DNA of 64,000 nucleotides. It comes from Pelagomonas calceolata (Eukaryota). The notes under the pieces were generated by a model that saw only the letters and a program-made list of their open reading frames with translations, was not told the DNA's origin and searched no databases. The stretch lies in contig CAKKNE010000001.1 in the NCBI GenBank assembly GCA_918797485.1, positions 4,216,001-4,280,000 on the forward strand. Direction: 5' to 3'. Below, piece after piece: positions 20,401-28,196 of the stretch. The number at the start of each line of letters is the position of its first letter. Positions within the stretch are counted from its first letter, which is position 1. The position numbers were made by a program, and so were the translations under genes.

Positions 20401-22656
20401 CTCAAGCTCAAGTGCCCGGACCAAAAGTTACCGGTCTGGTACACGCTGAAGGCAAGACTTACGAGTGGTGACATAAATTTCAGTACTAAGACCTTTGAAT
20501 TTGGCAACTGCTACGTGGGCGAAGGGCTGTCGATGCCTCTGACGCTCACGAACACCTCGTTACTGCCGCAGAAGTTTGGTTTTGTCCAGTTGAAAGATGA
20601 GGTCGACGTGCAACCCGAAGAAGAAAGAATAGGGATATTGTTACCTAAAGAATCGAAGCAAGTGCAAGTAATCTTCAAGCCGCGCATCGCGCAAGTGCTC
20701 GAGTTACCGTTGGTGTGCAAGACGACGATGAACATGACCTACAATTTTGTGTTGAAGGGTGTTGGTATTGATCCTCCCTTACGGTTCGAACAAACGGTCA
20801 TGCAGTTGGCCCCTTGCCAGCCCGGTGATCAACAAGTGGCCTCGTTCTTCTGCTCGCACCCCCTGCCCAAGGGGCATAAAAGGGGCGTACCGCGGACCTT
20901 CGAGATCAAGGTCCCGAAGCCTCATAGGTCGCACATTACCGTGCAGCCGTCTGTTGCTGTGGTTGGTCCGGGCGAGACTAGGAGGATTGAAGTGACGTTC
21001 GCGCCGCCGCGCTGGAAGGGACCGAAGCAGCCTCCTCTAAGGGACCAGCCCGACATCGAAGAACCTGATTGGAAGAAGGTTTTAGGTTTGCCGGACGCGC
21101 CGCCGCCGCCCCCGGTTGAAGAAGAGGAGGAGCCCGAGGACTCTGGCGACGACGACGATAGAACAGATGAGGAATTGAGGGAGCTGGCTGATAGTGGAGA
21201 TGCAACGGCCTTGGAATTACTGGAGCAGCGCGAAGCGCGCGCGGCCCGGAAAGCGCAAGAGGAAGAGGAACGGCTAGCCAGAGAGAGAGCTCCCCCGGAG
21301 CCGTGGGAGGGCACCTTTGAAACGTCCAAACACCGGGTCAAGGGCCAGGAGGGCTACGCGCCCCATACGAATGACGATGATATTGAGCCGTGGAGCGAGC
21401 ATGGGGCCTGGAAGCTCCCGTGCTATGTGCAAGATCAAGGGCCGCCCCTCATGTTGGAGGTGCACACGACGGCCGTCGAGCGAACGTTATGGTGCGACTG
21501 CGAACGACTAGATTTCGGGCAATTGGCCGTGGGGCAGACGAAAACTTTGCCGTTACGCTTGCGGAACTTGTCGGAGGACGATACGACTTTATTTGTCAAG
21601 AATATAGCCGGTCTCAATGCCGTGGGGCCCTTCTCCGTAAGGAACGCCCTGCGACCCTTACCTCCCAAGTCGCCTCCACATGTCTGCTTAGTGCAGTTCG
21701 CGCCCTTTAACAAAGGCGTGCGGTCGGAGGTGCTCGAATTATTCTGCGAGCAGCTGGGGCGGACCCTGAGGGTGCAATTGCGGGGCGAGGGGGTCTCTCC
21801 CACTCTTGAGTTGGACCCGGAGGATGGCAAATTGGATCTAGGACATGTGGCTGCCGGAAGGTCATCGATGAAGGAGTTGAGAATAACAAACACGAGTGTG
21901 TTCCCGCTGACTTACTCTCTAAAACCGCAGAAAGAACCGGAACCGCGCGAGAACCGGGACGGCTCCACACCCTTCCTCTGCATCCCGTCGGAGCATACGA
22001 TCCCGCCGGGCGAAACGCAAGTCGTCGAATGTAAGTTCCGACCGGACCACGGCCGGGCCTGGCCCTTCACGTCGGAATTGCACGTCGAGGTGCCGAACGA
22101 GTCGAAAAGGCACGTATTGTATCTGAAGGGTTACGGCCACGACGAGCAGATGTACCTGGCGTGTCCTGGTAAGGAAGTAGCACAGCCAGATTCCCTGGAG
22201 GACTTCAATTGTTTACCAGCGTCGGAGTTCGACGCGGGCATGGAAGCGGCGGAAGCCATGGGTCTGGCCAAACGCTTGGTTCCTAGAATAGCCGTCAAAT
22301 TTGATAGAGAAACGAACGAACCACAAACAATATTCGTGGGCTGCTGCGCCAACGACGCTCCATCTAAATCCGTGGCGAACCCTTCTACATTATCCGGCAA
22401 CGGGGCGTTCGAGATCGCGTGGGAATACGACGACGCGAGGTTCGAGGGCTTATTTGCGGCGTCTCCCGACAAGGGATCGGCGTCGGCGGGCGCCGAGACC
22501 CCGGTGACGTTCACGTTCAACCCGCCGGAGGCCCAGGGCGTCTCGGGACTCGACGTCGGGTGCTGGGTGCGCGCGGTCGCGACTTTTATGCTGAAGGGCG
22601 CGCCGCGCGATTCTACCTTCGAGGTCGAGCTGACGGGGTACTTGCCTAATCTGTGA
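17455..22656 (+). CDS. CFAP74: Cilia- and flagella-associated protein 74 (coiled coil + ASH/PapD-like domains)
   Basis: Long N-terminal coiled coil; FVSEPSTIEYIDF...KPGRMSAGTSC...NEDI...TGPFSIPIRCTTKK; repeated xDFGxxxVG ASH domains. Confidence 0.85.
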   Translation: MMEPAPAPAPAPTPAPAPAPAPSSQLVEAQPLREDGLEFLSDTLEREYGDLFIETEEQDDNESVTTLDTAATVNLRKVSNNELLHISRRLDELVSNRNELRKSADAKSLVAEQELYKAQTQEELAEQAWQKHVDLEYEADNMRDANGNKLGRGALSVDQLKAFKQAKDDAHRQRTLATRQREHASEEHQLALREEHLRQNAERACAAVAEKALGAQKVRDERWEETVEKSKRTVALEIQGAKNVIKRHNKRREAALLAAEKERVQQEIRDKAAQLGLAKAQARVAEKEKLNRETQKLADKAQREALEKRAAAIIELKHNIDKNTLELKALNEKRAMREKKKKEAFEREKAEIEARGENPYQVFLQRDIDRKYERDVREAKEKIERKRQEVIDRIAKDDERQRKIDAKKHHDEVMAKKHRATLGRHFAQARNDKYLIEKTGRQLIDPTGRSVEPIFPSQETKMLDNTFGTGLLGRKTAEEREELIRNLAASAEHSQQIKKDPYGEFSRFVPKLKGAETRESRNEDPRQSLEQFGAESQAVAVVDEDALVVKELSKFELQCREKAQQRQKDRLATGTPQSVAGKTLKSSAFVSEPSTIEYIDFTPGVRHVLNIKLTNGSLTFNNFKLLPMADEVTDFFEITYTKPGRMSAGTSCMLEIAFTPQVNEDIFAELPMLAATGPFSIPIRCTTKKVVPSISHEHVTFDDVVMGEESTVVLTIKNDGALPTTYTFYDPETMEPLGLKKPEVLKIESSPVKAPPTTGLLSPALSPTPTALLSPDGDTDDEGLAPAPAPLIEGEEELDAEEEEQRQALAEESLVEKSYVKHRECLQYKDGLTALQYEGGGVVEGYSSTTHAIKFAPLRAGYERQAVLVKFEGYDQDLEFTILGSSIEVPIYLEEALHDFRCVVHGKLYRKKLLIHNRGKIAMKCIAQVPPKYKDYIEYQPDMGFVQPGASFEMGIKFRPQHELVKASKPYCLEDSDVVAIPLKLKCPDQKLPVWYTLKARLTSGDINFSTKTFEFGNCYVGEGLSMPLTLTNTSLLPQKFGFVQLKDEVDVQPEEERIGILLPKESKQVQVIFKPRIAQVLELPLVCKTTMNMTYNFVLKGVGIDPPLRFEQTVMQLAPCQPGDQQVASFFCSHPLPKGHKRGVPRTFEIKVPKPHRSHITVQPSVAVVGPGETRRIEVTFAPPRWKGPKQPPLRDQPDIEEPDWKKVLGLPDAPPPPPVEEEEEPEDSGDDDDRTDEELRELADSGDATALELLEQREARAARKAQEEEERLARERAPPEPWEGTFETSKHRVKGQEGYAPHTNDDDIEPWSEHGAWKLPCYVQDQGPPLMLEVHTTAVERTLWCDCERLDFGQLAVGQTKTLPLRLRNLSEDDTTLFVKNIAGLNAVGPFSVRNALRPLPPKSPPHVCLVQFAPFNKGVRSEVLELFCEQLGRTLRVQLRGEGVSPTLELDPEDGKLDLGHVAAGRSSMKELRITNTSVFPLTYSLKPQKEPEPRENRDGSTPFLCIPSEHTIPPGETQVVECKFRPDHGRAWPFTSELHVEVPNESKRHVLYLKGYGHDEQMYLACPGKEVAQPDSLEDFNCLPASEFDAGMEAAEAMGLAKRLVPRIAVKFDRETNEPQTIFVGCCANDAPSKSVANPSTLSGNGAFEIAWEYDDARFEGLFAASPDKGSASAGAETPVTFTFNPPEAQGVSGLDVGCWVRAVATFMLKGAPRDSTFEVELTGYLPNL

Positions 22657-22676
22657 AGAAACTTACTCTCTAGTAC

Positions 22677-24557
22677 TTACGCCGGCCGCCACTCCTCCCG
22701 CTGGAGGACGTGGTCCTCGTCATAGAACCGGAGCTCGCCGCCATACGGCTGCTTCTCGACGATTGCGTCGATCGCGCCGTTCACGTCCAGGACTACGCGC
22801 CACGCGCCCTCCCTACATGAAGGCGGCCGCAGTTCGACGACGGCGTCGAACGTCGCCTCGCCGATCCGCTGATTGCGGACCTTGCTGAAGTTGCCCCACC
22901 TTTGTGCCCCAGACCGCCGCATGGCCTCGCGATCGGACAACGTGCACTCCTCGAAATCCCCTAACACCGGCGCCATGGCCTTGTTGTTCACGAGTTCCGC
23001 CAGCGTCTCGGCGTGCGCCGTCGCGATGAGCTGGACGCCGTGGTTCCCGACCGCCGCGGCGGCTTTCGCGGCCTCGTTGTCCCTTAATTCATCACATATC
23101 ATGGCTGCCGGTGTGACGTTGCACAGGACCTCGACCATGGCCGTATGTAACGACTTGCCCGCCGCGGGGTAGCGCTCCGCCGGGTGGAGCGACGGGTGCG
23201 CCTCCGCGCCGTCGCCCCCCAATTCCATGGACGCGTCAACGACCCAGCACTCGCCCGTCGGTTGTCGCGTCTCGCGGCAGACGCCGCAGAAGCTCGCGGC
23301 GTCGCGCAGGGCGGTGGACTTGCCGGCGCCCGGCGCGCCCAAGAATAAGATACTTTTCCCGGCCGCGATCAGGTCGGCGACGCGGTGCGAGGCCCCTCTT
23401 ACCGTACGGCCCACCCGCAAGACCAGGGCCGTCACGGTGCCGTCGGCCATGGCGACACGGCTAATCCTATGCAATTCGTTGGGCAGCGCGGCCCGCTGCA
23501 TCCCGTCGAAGCTCAACGGCGCACAAGCAGCTCTTATATCCTCCTGAGAAGTAAGTGGCGCATTCGTACACTCGACGACACGCTCCCGTAGCTTGAGCCG
23601 CGGCCGTCGCCCGAGCGAGAGCTTGATATCGACAAGCGAGGCGAACGGGTCGTCCGCGTTGACGTCCTCGAGCTTGGCCTGGACGGCGTCGCGCGTCGCC
23701 CCGGCCATGAGCGCGAGGAGGGCCCAGGGCTGGCCCTGGATTTCCGGTTCGCACTGCAGCGGCACGTCGTCGGGCCACGAATCCGACGCCGAAGGGGCCG
23801 CGACGACGAGCGCGCCCTCTTCGCCCTCCGACGCGTCTTCAGTCGGAGTTTCGACGAGCACCGCCTCGGAAGGCGGCTCGGGCACGTCCCCTAAAATCGA
23901 AGCGTAGCGCCGCTTGAGCCACCTTAATAGTTTCCGGTGCGCGCGATGCGCCTGTTCGCTCCCGTCGGCCTTGGACTGGGCGTGCGCGGCCAGCTTCCGC
24001 AGCCGCTCCGTGAAGGTCCCGCCCACAAAGGGCTTCGCGCTGCACGACACGCAGCGCGGCACGCGCAGCGTCGCGTAGGCGTGGCAGCGGAGCGGGCACG
24101 GCAGGCGGTGCGTCGCCCCGCGCGCGACGTCCAGCAGGTGCTTGTAGCCGCGGTCGCCGCCGTCCCTCAGGAACTCGTCGAGGTCGGCCTCGAACTCGTC
24201 GTCGTCGTCGCTGCTCGTCGACGCCGCGCGGCGGACGGTCGGGTACGGGTCGTCGTCGTCGTCCTGAGCTTGCGGCGTCGCCGGCGGGGTCTCCGCTCCC
24301 CAGCCGTTGCCGGTTGGTGGTGGGCCCCAGCCCGACTCCGCTTTTGGTGGTGGCGCGGCCCAGCCGTTGGTCGGCCGCTGCGGCGTCGCGGCGTTGGCCC
24401 AGCCCTGCTGCGGTGGTGGTGCCCCCCAGCCGTTTGCAGTGGGGGGCGACGCCCAGCCGCGCGCGTCCTCCTCCGGCGTGCGCGCCGGCGGGGGCGATCG
24501 TGGGTAGGGCGTCGCGTACGTGTCGGCGTCGTCGTAGTCGGCTGGTTGCTCTTCCAT
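22677..24557 (-). CDS. Ycf45/SpoIIIAA-like P-loop ATPase with N-terminal GW repeats and zf-XS-like zinc finger
   Basis: LHRISR...LRVGR, GAPGAGKST (Walker A), VVDASMELGGDG, MICDEL (Walker B), GVQLIATAH. Confidence 0.85.
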   Translation of the reverse strand: MEEQPADYDDADTYATPYPRSPPPARTPEEDARGWASPPTANGWGAPPPQQGWANAATPQRPTNGWAAPPPKAESGWGPPPTGNGWGAETPPATPQAQDDDDDPYPTVRRAASTSSDDDDEFEADLDEFLRDGGDRGYKHLLDVARGATHRLPCPLRCHAYATLRVPRCVSCSAKPFVGGTFTERLRKLAAHAQSKADGSEQAHRAHRKLLRWLKRRYASILGDVPEPPSEAVLVETPTEDASEGEEGALVVAAPSASDSWPDDVPLQCEPEIQGQPWALLALMAGATRDAVQAKLEDVNADDPFASLVDIKLSLGRRPRLKLRERVVECTNAPLTSQEDIRAACAPLSFDGMQRAALPNELHRISRVAMADGTVTALVLRVGRTVRGASHRVADLIAAGKSILFLGAPGAGKSTALRDAASFCGVCRETRQPTGECWVVDASMELGGDGAEAHPSLHPAERYPAAGKSLHTAMVEVLCNVTPAAMICDELRDNEAAKAAAAVGNHGVQLIATAHAETLAELVNNKAMAPVLGDFEECTLSDREAMRRSGAQRWGNFSKVRNQRIGEATFDAVVELRPPSCREGAWRVVLDVNGAIDAIVEKQPYGGELRFYDEDHVLQREEWRPA

Positions 24558-24818
24558 TTTATGTCTGCTTTTGGCTGCTATCAATGCAACAGCTCTATCG
24601 GTGCGCCTTGGTCCCAGAGCTGTCTAGACCTTTCGAGCGCTAGGGAACCTCTACAAATTCACGGAGGGTTTGCGGCAGTCACTTTGCAAGGTACTGAGGG
24701 TACCAACCTGCACGAGGACTTGACAGGGCCAGCGTTTTGGCAGCTCTGGCTTTTGCTGCTTTTCTCTAGAGTGTAAAGCCGCTAGATAATCAACAAGCTT
24801 AGAACGAAAGGGACACTC

Positions 24819-25652
24819 TCAGAAGTACAGAAGAGCGTTGCGGAGGAAGGCATGGCTCCAGTGGTCGCGGTCGTGCGTGCCGCAGGTCCAGAGGAGTCGT
24901 GCAATGGGGTCCGTCGGCGGTTCGCCGCGGAGCTTCGCCCGGTCGCGGCGCAGGAGCTCCGCGAGCAGCACGACGGGCCCGGCGACGAGCCAGCGCGGGA
25001 GCGCCGCGCTCATGCGCACGACAATTCCGTTCTGGAACGTCGCGGCACGGAAGCCTAGAGCTTCGAAGGTGGCCTGGTACGTGTGCGCCACATCGGTCTT
25101 GGCGCGAGTCTTGCCCGCGAGTCGGAGCTCTCGGAGCCATCGCGCGACGAGCGCCTTGCGCGCCCTCACTGAGCACTCAGGCGCGAACGCCGCGCCGAAC
25201 TCGATCGACTTCGTGAGCCGCGTGGCCGCCCGCGCCGCCAGGTCAGTCGTCAGGCTGGCTCGGTAGGCGCCGTCGCCCGCGAACGCGAAGACGGCGACGC
25301 GCTTTCTGGTGGACAGAAATTCAAAGTTGATGAACATGCGCACGAAGCGGCTGCGCAGGCGCTTCTCCCACTCGTCGTCACCGACGCGGCTCGGCCGCCG
25401 GCCTTCGCGCCGCTCGACAGCCGCGCGGGCGTGCGGGTCGCGCAGCGCTGCCTTGATGAGCGCGCTGCCGTCTCTTTCTAATCGCTCGCGGATCGTGCCC
25501 TTGCCGATGAGCGTCTCGAAGGTCCAGCCGTACGGTATGCCGCCGCCGCCGAGGTCGCCCTCCGCCGTGTAGGTGCTCGGGATGATCCTCGCGGGTAGCA
25601 ACGGCTTTTCCGCGTCCAGTTCGCTGTCGCTGTCGTTGTCGAGGGCTGCCAT
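24819..25652 (-). CDS. Hypothetical protein
   Basis: 277-aa ORF with protein-like composition; no family recognised. Confidence 0.6.
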   Translation of the reverse strand: MAALDNDSDSELDAEKPLLPARIIPSTYTAEGDLGGGGIPYGWTFETLIGKGTIRERLERDGSALIKAALRDPHARAAVERREGRRPSRVGDDEWEKRLRSRFVRMFINFEFLSTRKRVAVFAFAGDGAYRASLTTDLAARAATRLTKSIEFGAAFAPECSVRARKALVARWLRELRLAGKTRAKTDVAHTYQATFEALGFRAATFQNGIVVRMSAALPRWLVAGPVVLLAELLRRDRAKLRGEPPTDPIARLLWTCGTHDRDHWSHAFLRNALLYF

Positions 25653-25843
25653 CTGCAGCGCGCGCTTACTGCACTGCACTTTTTGGCTCACCCGAAATCG
25701 ACGCCAGGACGACGAATTCGCGCGCCGTTTGCGCCGTGCAGCACGCTGGCAGCGTTTAAGCCACGAATGTGGAGTGACGGCGGGTGCCAGCTGGTCCTAG
25801 CCGACTTTTACGGCGTGAAACCGCAGCGCTGCTCTCGCGCCTG

Positions 25844-25865
25844 CTAGTGTCTTACTGAACGCTAG
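25844..25865 (+). promoter_or_regulatory. Recurrent motif CTAGTGTCTTACTGAACGCTAG
   Basis: Direct match to the other intergenic copies. Confidence 0.55.
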
Positions 25866-26003
25866 GGTTGGCAGCAACGCGATCGAGATTCGCTGGGAGC
25901 AGGCACTCTTGCGGCACAATTCTTGGTTTGGAGTTGGCCGGCAGCAGTTTAGGACCGAGTGAGACGCCGCGAAGCAAGCGGCATCGCCCTACGGCAGCCA
26001 AAC

Positions 26004-27471
26004 ATGCACTTGTCCTCAATGCTCTCTCTAGCTCTGTTTTCCTTGTTTTCGTCGGCACGCGCCTTCCGGGCACCGCGCAGCAGCATCGTGATGCTCTCGA
26101 TGCTCTCCGCAGTGGCTGCCTTTCAGGCGCCGCGCAGCCGCGTCGTGCCCCGAACGGTTGCCAACTACGCCGCGAAGCCGCTCCCCGCCGAAGTAGTGTT
26201 CGAGAACATTAATTTCTTCGGCTTCGTCAAGCGCCTGACGGCCGCGGTCGCTCACGCGAGGCCCGAGACGCTCACGAAGATCACGAAGGCCCTGCCCGCC
26301 GACGACTTTATTGCGGTGGTCAGTTTCTACATCTTGCTGGACCCCGCACTCAGATTAATGTGGCGCATCCGCTCGAAGCGGTCGTTTGGAGATTCTTGGT
26401 TCGGGACCTTGCGACCGGCTCTGAAACTGCTCAGCAGCGTCTTCGCTTGTCTATATGGCTTAGATGTCCTCTACTGCACGTCCTGCTTAGTGGGAAACCC
26501 CCTGCCGAACGTGATCCCCGCAGTAGCAGCAGGAATAGGCTACACGGCCGTCGCGGGGACCTTGTGTACTTCTATCAAGGACCGGTTCCTCGAACGACAG
26601 GTCTTGCCGGCCTGGTCCAAGGACACGCGCGCGCGGAACTTCGCGGTCAAGAGGGGCACGGGCATCGGCATCTGGATTCTGTGTATCTTGATCTGTCTCG
26701 AGACGCTGCGGATTGAAGCGGGCGTGAGCGTCAAGTCAATTATTGGACTGACCTCAATCTTCGGCATCGCGACGGGTTTCGCGGTCAAGGATTTGGCGTC
26801 GAACTGGGTCGGCGGCTTATTGCTATTTGTGACGCGGCCCTTCGTGCCGGGCGACAAGATCGAGATGTCGCCGCCTGTGAGGAAATCAAATTTCGGGCGC
26901 CCCACGCCATCGACGCGACGTGCTTCCGTAGCTGCATCTGCTCACTGGTTGATTTCTACACAGGACTAGGCTCAAGCAGAGCGTCGTGGAAAGGATCGGC
27001 TGGTACGCGACGCGGGTGAGGAGTGATGATGATCGTGTCCAAGTCGTGCCCAATTCGAAGTTTGTGTCGAACAAGATCAGTAATTTGTCGCGGCGGCGGC
27101 ACCGCTCGATCCGCAAGAGCTTCCACCTCGCGTATGAAGATCTTCCCAAGTGCGGGGCTATCGTGACCGCGCTGCGCGAGAAGCTCAAGAGCATGCCCGA
27201 CGTCGACGAGAACCGGCGCCTCTACGTCTACATCAAGGACCTGCGCGAGACGGACGTCGAGATCGAGGCGGAAGTCCACTGGCGCGGCGTGTCGTCCTTG
27301 GTCTACCGCCAGCGGCGGACGGAGGCGCTCCTGGCCATCGGCGACGTGGTCAGGGATCACGGCGCGTCGTTCGCGGTCTGGGACGCCGTCCTGTCGAAGA
27401 GCGGGGTGTTCGAGGGACCGCGGAACAACGGCGCGGACCTTTCCACGGCGCCGGCATACACCCAGTCCTAG
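26004..27471 (+). CDS. mscS: MscS-family mechanosensitive channel, probably plastid-targeted; intron about 26867-26963
   Basis: GFAVKDLASNWVGGLLLFVTRPFVPGDKI + (spliced) VERIGWYATRVRSDDDRVQVVPNS...ISNLSR; signal peptide followed by AF motif. Confidence 0.88.
26867..26964 (+). mobile_element. Introner-like intron with terminal inverted repeats
   Basis: TIRs CCTGTGAGGAAATCA (26874-88) / TGATTTCTACACAGG (26950-64), 13/15 match. The acceptor AG lies inside the right TIR. The donor position is ambiguous (GT 26867 or GC 26870/26873, all in frame). Confidence 0.6.
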
Positions 27472-27506
27472 TTTTGGACCCTTAGCTATATAAGCACCAT
27501 CGTTTC

Positions 27507-28148
27507 CTAGTTTCCGCAGAGCCGGCACGCGCTGCCCCCGTAGCAGTTGCCCCGCGCGTTGCAGAAGCGCCCGGCCCGGCACTTGCCCCCTTCTCGGATT
27601 CTTTGGGCGAGCGCGACGCAGGCCGGGTTCGACGCAGCGGTTGTGGGTTTCGACGCCAGGCGCGGCGCATCGTACGACGCGTTTCGCGCCAAATCACGCG
27701 CGCACTGCCCGACGTAATTGTGTTGGTGGACGACGGCCGACTGCGGTCCGCCGATCCGGCAGACCCCACGCGGATTCGGGAGCAGCGCATAGCGGCCGCT
27801 TTTCAAGATGGATTGGAACGAACGGGTCGCCGCGCGCTCCGGATTGCATATCGAGCTCGTGTACCGGCGGCCGCCCACGCCACAGAAGGCCTCGGAAAAT
27901 TGCGGGTGAATGGCAAAAGAACCGCGCGGCACCATTTCCGGGCGCCACGCCGCGAAGTCCGTATGGACTCGTAGCCGCAAAGCGGGCGCCATGCGCGTAG
28001 GACAATTGGCGAAGAGCGCGTCGACGTCGGAGCGCGCGAACAGCGGAACTCCACTCGGTGTCCCAAACACACGGCAGCAAGTGGATCCCGTATTAGATAT
28101 CTGGTGGCGAATCGCGCCGCGTAAGGAGACTAATCCGTGTGACCCCAC
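27507..28148 (-). CDS. Hypothetical protein with Cys-rich C-terminus (start uncertain; first ATG 27992)
   Basis: Protein-like ORF ending CRAGRFCNARGNCYGGSACRLC. Confidence 0.4.
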   Translation of the reverse strand: MGSHGLVSLRGAIRHQISNTGSTCCRVFGTPSGVPLFARSDVDALFANCPTRMAPALRLRVHTDFAAWRPEMVPRGSFAIHPQFSEAFCGVGGRRYTSSICNPERAATRSFQSILKSGRYALLPNPRGVCRIGGPQSAVVHQHNYVGQCARDLARNASYDAPRLASKPTTAASNPACVALAQRIREGGKCRAGRFCNARGNCYGGSACRLCGN

Positions 28149-28196
28149 TTATATCGCCCGACCCCAAAACAAGCGGGACAGGGGAAGGAAAGACGC

